NCBI GenBank assembly: GCA_963617535.1
Contig: CAVEPD010000001.1
Coordinates: 1,914-65,913 of the forward strand
DNA: 64,000 nt
Source: a bacterium
GTDB taxonomy: Bacteria > Bacillota_I > Bacilli_A > RFN20 > CAG-826
Direction of reading: 5' to 3'
The translations under genes were made by a program, and so were the position numbers. Under the pieces are notes generated by a model that saw only the letters and a program-made list of their open reading frames with translations, ran no database searches and had not been told where the DNA came from. Below, in pieces: positions 46,428 to 55,302 of the stretch. Numbering within the stretch: position 1 is the first letter of the stretch; the number at the start of each line of letters is the position of its first letter.

Positions 46428-49400
46428 TTAGCAAGTCACGCCAACGTAATAGTTGCCAGGCAAGAAGGAAGAATCGCCATCCTTCTTGTAATGTTTCGTG
46501 TAGTCGTCGCCATAGGAGAAGCTAACCGCGCCTTCATCGTCGTAAGAGACGACGGAGGTGAAGTCGTTCACGGAGACGTTTTCCCAAGTGTTTTGGTAGA
46601 CGCCGGTGGAGACGTTATCTAGAGCCAATTCGACTTCCGCGGAAGCTGGGACGATTTGATGCGAGCCGTCGGGATTGCCAAGGACTAAGCCGAAGCTGAT
46701 ATTGAGCCCGCTTAAGGTCTTCCAAGAGGTCGAGGCGTCGTTAGAAGTAACGTTTTTGCCGGCAAGAGAGACCATGGCGTCGCCAAGCAAGGCTCTTTCA
46801 TCAAGCAAGGAACCCACATCGACGCCAAGCGACCAAGAAGTATTCGCCTCGTCGTATTGGTATTCTTTGAGGAAGTCTTCGGGATGGGGGAAGGCGTTAT
46901 CGAAAAGGCTGCTGCCTTCTTCTTGGCTCGCTTCCGCGACGGTTCCTTCTTCCTCCACGGGAGCGTTATCCTTCCTAAGATAGCTTTCGTTGATGCCGAG
47001 GACGTATTCAAGGAGCCAGCCGAGGCCGTTATAGGAATAGGTTCCGCCTTCGTCGCCCGTCTTCTCAATGAGATCTTTGCCAGTCAGCTGAACCGTGTCT
47101 TTGACTTCGGTCACTTTGCCATAGCTTGAATTGCGGGTGATGTAGAGATCGCCATAGCTCTCGTCCCCTTTCTTATAGGAATAATAGAGGTCCACGGCGC
47201 GCTTGCCCTCGTATTCGTGATCGCGGAAATAGACGGAGCTATCGGGCGCGTTCACTCCCTTGATTAAAGGCATATACGGAATGGAAAGATGGGCTTTGAC
47301 ATAGTCTTTTTCGCTAGCGAGGTTGAGACTTACGCCGATGAGGTCGATCTTCGTTTTGCCGATGTTGAGTGCGACATTGAGCGAGACGTCATAAGTAGAG
47401 GAATCGCCTGAAGCGACCTGACCAAGTTTCGTGGAGCCCGTTGCGTATTCGACGAGGGTCTTCACGGTGTTGAAATCGGTGTAGGCAGAGGTGTCTTCGC
47501 CGTTTAGAGGATTGAGAATCGTTTCGCTGACGTCCTTCGTGGCGTCGATGCCAAGCCCGATGCTCACTTTGCTCATCGCGAAGCCAAGACTCTTGAATCC
47601 GCCATTAGCCTCTTCACTATTCGCTGCGTAAGAAATAGAAACGGTGGGGTTCTCGTCTAAGCCGAACAGAGCGCCATTGAGCACGAACTTGTTCTCGTCT
47701 CCGCCAAGGCTTGCTTTCTCAGCGAGGATTTTCTTTTCAAAGAGTCCGGAATACTTCTTGTTGATGAGATCGCTTGCCAGATCGCCTCCGACGAGGCTGC
47801 CGATAGAGCTAGCAATCTTCTGGAAGGAAGAGGTGTCATCCTCTTCTTCCTCGGGGATGACGCTCTTGACGGTGGAGACGATGTCTTTCATCGAGGAGAT
47901 GGACATTTGCCCAGTGATGGGGCTTGAGGAACGCGGATTGGTTCTTGCTTTGCCCTCGCTGTCTAAGCCCGATTCATTATCGATAGAAGAATCGTTCACG
48001 GAGTCGTATTTGAAAGCGGTCTCGGTGAAATCGGTGCCGTCGCCAGAAAGAGCGAACTTGAAGTGATGGTCTTGCGAATAGTTCTTGGAGACTTGGTTTG
48101 CAGTCAAGGAAACACCGGCCGATTTCTTATCATAAGAGAAACCGAGATTGCCGGAGAAAGAGACCCCAGTGTCTTTGCCTAAGGTGTCCGTCTTTCCGGT
48201 TTTGACGTTGCCTGTTAAGGATAGCGCGGCTTCTTTTGAAGAGGTCACTTCTTCAATCTGGTCTTTGATGCCGGGGAGGTGGGTCAATTCGTCGTAGTCG
48301 CTTGCTTCAACGCTAGGCAACGAATAAGCGTCTAGAGACAAAGTTCCGTCTAGCTGGAAGGCGCTTAGCTTAACGCCATTGAAGGTGATGCCGGTGAGAT
48401 AGGTGTCCACGCCGTTATCTTCATCCGTGTAGGTGCCGTCGATGCTGACGATGACCTCACCATCAATCTTCACGGGGCTTAGATCGAAGGTGATGCTGAG
48501 GTTATTGTCGGTTCCGTCAATGGATTTGATGAAGTCGAAAGCTTTCTCGTAATGCCCTTCGGTGAAACTTTTGATGGTGGGGAAATTGTCGAGAACGGTG
48601 GAAATGAGGTCGGTGACGGCGCTTGCTTCTTCAACGCTTTCTTCGACTTCGCTATTCTCGGAGACCGCGGTGACGGTCTTGGCGAACAAGGCATCGAGAT
48701 TGGTCTTGCTGACTTTGGCCATCAAGAGGTCATCGATGTTGAGATAGGCGTTATCTTCGAGATAGGCCGCGGAGATATTGGCCGAAGCGTTATCCGCGGA
48801 GAAAGAGATATCCGCGAGGAAATTCTGAAGGCCGCCTGAGAAATCGGCGCAGGCGGAAAGATCAAGCGAAGCGGTTTCGATAACATCGGAAGTGACGCTG
48901 TCGCCGTCTTTTTTATAGTGGGTGAGAGCAAGGCCATTCCCTGAATTGATGTCCAAAGAATTCGTGGTCTTAAGGCCGAATTGGGGATTCGCGATGTAAC
49001 GCGCGACTTTGCGGAAAAGCGAAGCGCTGTCCTTGATATCGTGATATTCGGTAAGCTCGCCTGGAATGAAAGAGGTCCAGGAGATTGCTTCGGCACCGGT
49101 TTCGACGGTTGCGCTCGCGCGAATCGTTCCAATCAAGGCATCGCCGTTTTTGATGGAATAGTTAGATTGCTCCGCGCCATCGAAAGTCTTCGCGGGGAAA
49201 TCGATGCCGCTTAGGTAGTAGTCGCTATCGTAAGTGAAACCGATGGAGAGAGTCTCTTCTCCTAAAGGAAGGTTCCAAGTGAAATAAGAATGAGCGGTGT
49301 CTTCCTCCATGTCGTTCAGCGAGCCCAAGATGTCTGACATGGCATTAGAGCCATCTTCGTCGGAAGCGCTTGAAGAAGAACCGGAAGAGGAAGTAAGGCT

Positions 49401-50060
49401 ATTTAAGTCAATCGAGGGGAAGTCGACTTTGATGCCCCCGTTCGATAGGATTTCCAAAACGTCGGAGATAATCCAATCAACGTCGCCGTATTCGTATTGG
49501 AGGATGCCTCCGGTGGTTTCGTCGCGTTCGCCGGTGACTTTAGGCTCGATGGATGCTTTGTATTTGAAATTGTAGGTCTCATTATCCAAGTCGTTGATGG
49601 CGAAATAAATGTCATCGAGGCACTTGGCGAGGCTGAGCTGCCTCTTGTAGCCGTTGTAATCGAGCTTGGCTTTCAACCCAAGACTGATGCCGTGGAGAGA
49701 AATCTCGTCCATCGCGAAGGCGACTTGGGTGCCCTCGCCGTTGATGAGATTTCCCTTTGAGGTGTCGTCTTTATCTTTGCCAGGGAAGTAAGCGTCCAAG
49801 ACATCGAATTTGAGATTTAAACCTGAAGTGGCGCTGTTGGTGAGATTCGAAATGAAACGTTGTTTGCCGGTCAAAGTGACGTCGCCGTCATCGATGTCCT
49901 CGGCGTCGCTGATGTCCTCGTCTTCCGCCATTCCCTTCTTCGGGATGATTAGATAAGTGGTTCCTGCCGTGATGCCGAAGAGGGCAAGAAATAGCCCGGA
50001 GTTGAAGAGAAGGGTCTTTTTCTTCGAGCTTAGATGTTTTTGATTTTTGTTGGTTTTCAT
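46428..50060 (-). CDS. Giant (1,210 aa) N-terminally membrane-anchored protein of unknown function; paralog of the downstream gene
   Basis: It has a basic N-terminus and one TM (LLFNSGLFLALFGITAGTTYLII). An AAAGGA SD is present. It is collinear with the 1,165-aa protein. Confidence 0.8.
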   Translation of the reverse strand: MKTNKNQKHLSSKKKTLLFNSGLFLALFGITAGTTYLIIPKKGMAEDEDISDAEDIDDGDVTLTGKQRFISNLTNSATSGLNLKFDVLDAYFPGKDKDDTSKGNLINGEGTQVAFAMDEISLHGISLGLKAKLDYNGYKRQLSLAKCLDDIYFAINDLDNETYNFKYKASIEPKVTGERDETTGGILQYEYGDVDWIISDVLEILSNGGIKVDFPSIDLNSLTSSSGSSSSASDEDGSNAMSDILGSLNDMEEDTAHSYFTWNLPLGEETLSIGFTYDSDYYLSGIDFPAKTFDGAEQSNYSIKNGDALIGTIRASATVETGAEAISWTSFIPGELTEYHDIKDSASLFRKVARYIANPQFGLKTTNSLDINSGNGLALTHYKKDGDSVTSDVIETASLDLSACADFSGGLQNFLADISFSADNASANISAAYLEDNAYLNIDDLLMAKVSKTNLDALFAKTVTAVSENSEVEESVEEASAVTDLISTVLDNFPTIKSFTEGHYEKAFDFIKSIDGTDNNLSITFDLSPVKIDGEVIVSIDGTYTDEDNGVDTYLTGITFNGVKLSAFQLDGTLSLDAYSLPSVEASDYDELTHLPGIKDQIEEVTSSKEAALSLTGNVKTGKTDTLGKDTGVSFSGNLGFSYDKKSAGVSLTANQVSKNYSQDHHFKFALSGDGTDFTETAFKYDSVNDSSIDNESGLDSEGKARTNPRSSSPITGQMSISSMKDIVSTVKSVIPEEEEDDTSSFQKIASSIGSLVGGDLASDLINKKYSGLFEKKILAEKASLGGDENKFVLNGALFGLDENPTVSISYAANSEEANGGFKSLGFAMSKVSIGLGIDATKDVSETILNPLNGEDTSAYTDFNTVKTLVEYATGSTKLGQVASGDSSTYDVSLNVALNIGKTKIDLIGVSLNLASEKDYVKAHLSIPYMPLIKGVNAPDSSVYFRDHEYEGKRAVDLYYSYKKGDESYGDLYITRNSSYGKVTEVKDTVQLTGKDLIEKTGDEGGTYSYNGLGWLLEYVLGINESYLRKDNAPVEEEGTVAEASQEEGSSLFDNAFPHPEDFLKEYQYDEANTSWSLGVDVGSLLDERALLGDAMVSLAGKNVTSNDASTSWKTLSGLNISFGLVLGNPDGSHQIVPASAEVELALDNVSTGVYQNTWENVSVNDFTSVVSYDDEGAVSFSYGDDYTKHYKKDGDSSFLPGNYYVGVTC

Positions 50061-50078
50061 AATCGTTTCCTTTCAAAT

Positions 50079-51176
50079 TCAATTGGCGTTCAGGCTTCGG
50101 TATACGGATTGGGTTTCGGTCTCTAAGGTTGGGATATCGTAGATTTCCCCATGGTAGAAGTAGGTGGTTAGGTTTCCTTCAATGGTGGTGGATATTCCAA
50201 CTTCTTTTTTTGTCGCTTGGTATTTCTCGTAGGAGGTGTAATCAAGCGGCATCAGGTCTTCGTCTAGGTGGAAGGTCAAATGGCAATATTCGAAGGTCGG
50301 ATAACCAGTGAGGCCGGAGATGTTTTTCATTTGCTTCACGTAGTTCACCACGGACTTCTTCCTTTGAAGTTCGAGGTCAACCGTGTAGCCGTTCTTCTCT
50401 TTGACGATCCGCGAGGCGCCTCTCCCTGATTTAACTTTGCTTTCGTCCATGATTGAGGTCTTCGTGGAGATGACGTAGATCATGGAGTCGCTTACCTTGC
50501 GCCCCATGAGTTCGGCGTAGTCCTCGTTCGTGTAGATTTTTTCTTCATGTGAAGCGTAATCACTGCTTTTGCCCCAATAAGTTTTCGTTGTTTCACCTTC
50601 TTGGTACATCCGGTCGTAGAGGTTCACGAAGGCTGAGGTGGAATTCGATTCCTCAAAGTATTTGTCCCCTCGTTTGATCTGAATGGATTGGATGATCTGA
50701 TTGACGCCCATGGAGTAGGCCGAACCAAGCCCGACTGCCTTTGTGGACTCCAGAGAGGAGAAGAGATCAAGCGATATGTTTACCATCTCACATGGTTTCA
50801 AGGCTTCTTCTAGGGGCGTTCCTGCTTTTTTGGCGGCTTCATATTTCTTTCGCGTCTGGGCGATGTCATCCGTTAAGGCGTTCGCATCGACGTTTGAGTA
50901 ATCGCCTCCTGCGGTGTTGAAGAAACTATTAGCCATGAATCCCGCGACCACCCCTAGAGCAATTGCCGCGGTCCCTATGATTGATGAGGTAATGATGAAT
51001 TTCTTGCTTATCGGAGCCTTTTCCTTCTTTTCGTTGGAATCGGCTTTTAGCTCATCCGAATGAGCATTTTGCTCTTCGGGGGGCGTGTTTGCCTCTTCCT
51101 TTACGTTTTCTTCTTGCACGTTGGGAGACGCCGTTTTTTCCTCGTTTTTCTTTTTTCTAAACTTTTCGAATAGCAT
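50079..51176 (-). CDS. Bitopic membrane protein of unknown function (first gene of the giant-paralog operon)
   Basis: About 365 aa from the ATG at 51176 (MLFEKFRKKKNEEK...). The ORF in the track starts at a TTG at 51281, so the start is uncertain. It has a K/E-rich cytoplasmic head, one TM (IITSSIIGTAAIALGVVAGFMA) and a beta-rich ectodomain of about 270 aa. Confidence 0.7.
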   Translation of the reverse strand: MLFEKFRKKKNEEKTASPNVQEENVKEEANTPPEEQNAHSDELKADSNEKKEKAPISKKFIITSSIIGTAAIALGVVAGFMANSFFNTAGGDYSNVDANALTDDIAQTRKKYEAAKKAGTPLEEALKPCEMVNISLDLFSSLESTKAVGLGSAYSMGVNQIIQSIQIKRGDKYFEESNSTSAFVNLYDRMYQEGETTKTYWGKSSDYASHEEKIYTNEDYAELMGRKVSDSMIYVISTKTSIMDESKVKSGRGASRIVKEKNGYTVDLELQRKKSVVNYVKQMKNISGLTGYPTFEYCHLTFHLDEDLMPLDYTSYEKYQATKKEVGISTTIEGNLTTYFYHGEIYDIPTLETETQSVYRSLNAN

Positions 51177-51508
51177 GGTCGCAAATCTCGACGATGCGAT
51201 TTTACGCAAACCTTTGTCAAAGGCACTCTCGTGTGCGTATCGCGTGCGTAGAAAGGCAATTCTACGATTTGGAGAATCCAAAAAACTTCGTAACTGTCGG
51301 AATTATTTAGACAGAGGCATAAGCATAGGAGAATTCATATATCGTCAATTTATCGAAAAAGATTTAAAAACTGAATTTCGAAAACGCATACACCTCCCTC
51401 TTCTTTTTTGAATGGCTTTTTCGGCTTGCCTTTGACCTAAGATGAATTTCTTGGTTCGCCTTTTGCTATTTCCTTTAATATATACGGGCACCAAGAGAGG
51501 GAATAACC

Positions 51509-52183
51509 ATGTCAGAAATACGCGTCATTAAAGTAAAACAGTCTGTTCTTGCTAACAACGATAGCAGGGCCGAACTGCTTAGGGCCGAGCTTAAGGAAAA
51601 GAAAGTCTTCTTGATTAATGTCATGTCCTCTCCTGGTTCTGGCAAAACCACATTGCTCGTTAATCTTATTAATAAGTTAAAGGATAAGGGATATCGCATC
51701 GGCGTGATGGAGGCGGATATGGATGCGGTGGTGGATGCCGAGACCGTGGGCAAACTCACCGGCGTCAGGACAATCCAACTTCACACCTCAGGCGAATGCC
51801 ACCTTGATGCAAAGATGGTCTCGGAAGGCGTGCAAGCAATCGGCGAAGACGGCCTGGACATTATTTTCCTCGAGAACATCGGGAATCTTGTTTGCCCTGC
51901 GGAATTCGACACGGGCGCGGCCTTGAAACTAATTTTGCTCTCGATCCCTGAGGGAGACGACAAGCCTCTTAAGTATCCTTTGATGTTCAGGGTGGGCGAT
52001 TTCTTCGCCTTTACGAAGATGGACGCTAAAGCCGTGTTCGACTTTGACGTTGATCTTGCAGAAAGCCATATTCTTAAGCTTAACCCCAACGCGAAATTCT
52101 TCCCCGTTTCGGCGAAGAAAGATATTGGCGTAGACGTCTTGGCAAGCGCGATTGACGAGAAGGTAAAAAGCTTCATTTCTTAG
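51509..52183 (+). CDS. hypB: Nickel-incorporation GTPase HypB
   Basis: 224 aa. It has the P-loop SSPGSGKTTLL, the ENIGNLVCPAEFD motif and a TKMD segment (NKxD-like). Confidence 0.9.
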   Translation: MSEIRVIKVKQSVLANNDSRAELLRAELKEKKVFLINVMSSPGSGKTTLLVNLINKLKDKGYRIGVMEADMDAVVDAETVGKLTGVRTIQLHTSGECHLDAKMVSEGVQAIGEDGLDIIFLENIGNLVCPAEFDTGAALKLILLSIPEGDDKPLKYPLMFRVGDFFAFTKMDAKAVFDFDVDLAESHILKLNPNAKFFPVSAKKDIGVDVLASAIDEKVKSFIS

Positions 52184-52261
52184 GTAAAATCAGTTTTCAA
52201 AGTTATTTTGCGATAAAATGTCCTTTATTTTCGTAAATATAGGGCAAATTTACGGGAATTT

Positions 52262-52290
52262 TTGCTTTTTTGGTTCATTTTCGATATAAT
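52262..52290 (+). promoter_or_regulatory. Candidate sigma-A promoter of the CarD-like gene
   Basis: TTGCTT, a 17-nt spacer, then TATAAT, about 70 nt upstream of the ATG. A GGAG SD is present. Confidence 0.5.
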
Positions 52291-52358
52291 TTGCGTGGCT
52301 TGGGGCAAAAACAACATTTCGTTAATTTGTGATTGGCCTCCGCTAGAAGGAGAATGCT

Positions 52359-52847
52359 ATGACGTTTCAAGTTAGCGAGTACGTTTTTCATCGGCATTGT
52401 GGCGTTTGCCTGATCCAGGCGATCGCTCCGCTTCCGGGTGACGAATCCGGTTCTTTGTATTATGTTTTGTCGCCTCTTTTTGGAGATGACAAAGGCAACA
52501 TCGTCCGCGTACCCGTGAACTTCTCTTCCTCTTTGCAGAAACCTATTACCAAAGAAGATGCCATTGAAATGGTAAACCATTGGCCCTCCCCGAATAAGGA
52601 TTGGTACATCACCGATTCCAAGAAGCGCAAATTGACTTACGAGGAAGCTCTCAAGAACGGTACACTCGCTGATCTTGCGCCTCTGTTAGAAGGTGCCATG
52701 CAAAGAAAAAAGAAGGATGGACATCTCAATTCCATGGATTCCCAGTTTGTTGGGCGCGCCCAACCCTTGATTTACGGGGCTCTCTCCTTGGCTTTGGACA
52801 TCAATTACGACGACGTCCCTAAGTTCATCCTTGACCATCTAGCCTAA
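52359..52847 (+). CDS. CarD/CdnL/TRCF-RID family transcriptional regulator-like protein
   Basis: 162 aa. The N-terminus (FQVSEYVFHRHCGVCLIQAI...YYVL) is a Tudor-like CarD_TRCF domain, as in the Bacillus YdeB-type proteins. Confidence 0.65.
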   Translation: MTFQVSEYVFHRHCGVCLIQAIAPLPGDESGSLYYVLSPLFGDDKGNIVRVPVNFSSSLQKPITKEDAIEMVNHWPSPNKDWYITDSKKRKLTYEEALKNGTLADLAPLLEGAMQRKKKDGHLNSMDSQFVGRAQPLIYGALSLALDINYDDVPKFILDHLA

Positions 52848-52865
52848 TTCCAAATGCATATCTTC

Positions 52866-52887
52866 GCCCGGCATAAGCCGGGCTTTT
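52866..52887 (+). terminator. Rho-independent terminator
   Basis: GCCCGGC-ataa-GCCGGGC stem followed by TTTT. Confidence 0.8.
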
Positions 52888-52893
52888 CAAATG

Positions 52894-52915
52894 AAAAAGC
52901 CCTCTAACGAGGGCT
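52894..52915 (-). terminator. Rho-independent terminator of the convergent membrane-protein gene
   Basis: The minus strand reads AGCCCTC-gtta-GAGGGCT followed by TTTTT. Confidence 0.8.
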
Positions 52916-52934
52916 GAAGTTTCAGTTCGTTCGA

Positions 52935-53393
52935 TTAGGCTTTCCAATTGCTGTAGGCCCCGTAAAGGCTAAGCAAGGCGCCGACGAAGGCGAAGACGAC
53001 AGTGCAAATCGAACCGCTGCCAAGGGAAATCGTATCCATGCCGTGATAAGCGTTGACCCCGTTATAGAGGTTTACCCCATTCAAGAAGAGGATACCAGCG
53101 GCAAGCAAGAAAGCGAAGGTAAGACCGAAGAGCAAAGCACTGAGCTTGCCCTTGAAAATCCCAGCGGCGATGCCGAAGACAAAGCCGGCGAGCTCGAGGG
53201 AGAAAGCGACAATCAAGCCTGGAACGGCGCCCAAATCGCGGTTTTTGTTCCCGAACATCGCGGTGAAGACGCTAGCTCCGTTGTAGCCCAGATCCTGCGT
53301 GTCATTAAAGGCGTAGGAGAAAAGGACGAATACGGCGACGGCCGCCATAAGGGCAACGCCTAAGCCAAGCAATACATTAACTTTACGGTTCAT
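52935..53393 (-). CDS. Small Gly-rich membrane protein (4 TM), unknown function
   Basis: 152 aa with four hydrophobic helices. Confidence 0.6.
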   Translation of the reverse strand: MNRKVNVLLGLGVALMAAVAVFVLFSYAFNDTQDLGYNGASVFTAMFGNKNRDLGAVPGLIVAFSLELAGFVFGIAAGIFKGKLSALLFGLTFAFLLAAGILFLNGVNLYNGVNAYHGMDTISLGSGSICTVVFAFVGALLSLYGAYSNWKA

Positions 53394-53490
53394 AAAAAAT
53401 ACCTACCGCGGAGTAATATACGCTACATATAAAAAAGGAACAAGGCGCTTTTCTCTTCCTTAGAAGAGAGTTTGATAGGATAATAACCCT

Positions 53491-55302
53491 ATGAACCATA
53501 AAATCCGCGCCACGCTTGGACTCCTCGTTCTCTCTTCCGCCATGTTGTCTTGCACTACGATGGCTGATGCGGATGTTTATACGATTGAGTTTTACACGGA
53601 TTATGCAGGCATCGAGTACGCTCCTGGCAAGCTTGATAAGACTAGGGCCAAGAAGGTAGGCGAGGGATATGTGGTGAAGGGGAAAGCTAATCAAACCGCA
53701 AGATTGACCAGCCTTGTAAAAGAAGAGGGCAAAGCGATTGACTATGAGAATAGTCGCCAAGCAGTGGAAGGCCATACTTACACTTGGGATTCCTGGGTGG
53801 GCTATTACGATGAAGAAAGCCTTAAGGCAATGGACTCGGAAGGGAACGTTTCCTTTGAGGAGGGCGCGGAAGATTTAGTCGGAAACCCCATTAGTTTGTC
53901 GGAAATAAAGGGGAATTGCGCAGTTTTTGCTCACTTTTCCGATGTGATTAATACCTATAGCGTCACAATCCAAAACGGCGATACCGAAATTTTTGAAGCA
54001 AGTGAACCGCTTGAATACGGAACGAAATTAGGCGATGCCTTAGCTGCTAAATATGAGTCTAAAGAAGCCGCCATAGAAGCTCTGACTTTAGATTCGTCTG
54101 ATTACAATCTCCCGAAATATTATTATCAAGTTTACACTTTCGCCGGTTACGAAGACGGAGACGGAAATGCCTATACCGTTGATGAACTCTTCAATGTTGT
54201 GATCAAGGACGAATTGAAACTCTCCGCGGTCTTCAATGGCCCAAGCACGGAAACTTACACGGTTTCTTTCTATAAGAATCCAAAGGATTCGAGTGGCAAT
54301 GAGTTGCTTCCCGAGACTGAAAATGAGGAAGTCGCTTATGGCGCGGACGTTAAGAAGGTGCTGCCTGACTACACTTCCGATCATAAGGTTTACGCCTTCA
54401 AAGGCTGGGAAGGCGAATATTCTGAAGATGCCCCAAACGAAATCAAAGGAAAATCCGTTGATTATAAACACATCCTTTACGATTGCGCCTTATATCCAGT
54501 CTTCGAGTCTTCCCCGGAAGAGCTCACCATTACTTTCCGGAACAATGACGGCTCTTTAATCGATGAGAAAACGGCCTTTTATGGATCTTCTTTGGAAGAC
54601 GTTCTTCTCGCGGAGATCGATGCTAGCTTCGTGCCTAGCGATGAGGTCTTCACTGGGCTTTGGAGCGAAGCGCAAAACGATGTGAGCAAAGCCGGGGTAA
54701 TTGATTCTTCCAAAAAAGCGGAGGAGGAACTTACCTTGTATCCTGTCACTGTTCAAAAATCCATAGACGCGACAGGAGCAAAAGGAGATTTGCTTACTTA
54801 CGAATATTCTCTTGATTGGGATGGATATCTTCTGACGAAGTTCTCCCCCTCTTCTTCGCGAAGCGATACGGAACTCAGCGAGGGCGACATGAGTCTTTCC
54901 TCTCTTCCTGGCGCGTTTGATCTCGTGGGGATTAAGAAATTCAACGATGGCACGGATGGGTATTCCTCTTCTCTTACGAAAGCCATCTTCCCTGGCTCTG
55001 TTGAATACGTCGCCTCCAATGCCTTCCGAGGGAACAAGGCTCTTGAGACATTAGAACTCTCCGGCCTTCAGAAAATTGACTCCTTTGCTTTTTCTCAGCT
55101 TTACTCTTTGTCTGGTTTCACCATTCCTTCAAGCCTCGTTTCGATTGGCTCGCGCGCCTTTTATGGCTGCACAAAACTTGGCCAGGCTGGGAATAAGATT
55201 ATCGTGAAGATGAGCGAAGACTATTTTGAAAACAACGTTGAGCATTCCTCCGAATGGAACAAAATCGGAGAAGGGTTGGCAAACGTTGAATATCAGTCCT
55301 GA
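53491..55302 (+). CDS. Surface lipoprotein with InlB-B/Listeria-Bacteroides-type repeats and a C-terminal BspA-type leucine-rich repeat
   Basis: 603 aa with lipobox AMLSC. It has repeats of the type Y.V.F......YAFKGWEGEY and FTGLWSE. The C-terminal part (VEYVASNAFRGNKALETLEL..IDSFAFSQ..SLVSIGSRAFYGCTKL) is an LRR_5-like pattern. Confidence 0.65.
   Translation: MNHKIRATLGLLVLSSAMLSCTTMADADVYTIEFYTDYAGIEYAPGKLDKTRAKKVGEGYVVKGKANQTARLTSLVKEEGKAIDYENSRQAVEGHTYTWDSWVGYYDEESLKAMDSEGNVSFEEGAEDLVGNPISLSEIKGNCAVFAHFSDVINTYSVTIQNGDTEIFEASEPLEYGTKLGDALAAKYESKEAAIEALTLDSSDYNLPKYYYQVYTFAGYEDGDGNAYTVDELFNVVIKDELKLSAVFNGPSTETYTVSFYKNPKDSSGNELLPETENEEVAYGADVKKVLPDYTSDHKVYAFKGWEGEYSEDAPNEIKGKSVDYKHILYDCALYPVFESSPEELTITFRNNDGSLIDEKTAFYGSSLEDVLLAEIDASFVPSDEVFTGLWSEAQNDVSKAGVIDSSKKAEEELTLYPVTVQKSIDATGAKGDLLTYEYSLDWDGYLLTKFSPSSSRSDTELSEGDMSLSSLPGAFDLVGIKKFNDGTDGYSSSLTKAIFPGSVEYVASNAFRGNKALETLELSGLQKIDSFAFSQLYSLSGFTIPSSLVSIGSRAFYGCTKLGQAGNKIIVKMSEDYFENNVEHSSEWNKIGEGLANVEYQS

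Noticed and set aside
51177-51281. TTG-initiated 35-codon extension of the bitopic operon-leader protein
   Set aside because: It is not firmly rejected. However, the extension is Arg-rich, lacks an SD, and contains the tandem GTGCGTA elements, so it looks more like a 5' leader. I therefore annotated the ATG at 51176 and flagged the uncertainty.
52184-52358. Three ATTTTCG-TAAAT-like direct repeats upstream of the CarD-like gene, as a regulatory array
   Set aside because: The repeats are short, AT-rich and imperfect, and they could simply be overlapping -10-like sequences. Only the copy with a proper -35 box and 17-nt spacing is reported, as a candidate promoter.
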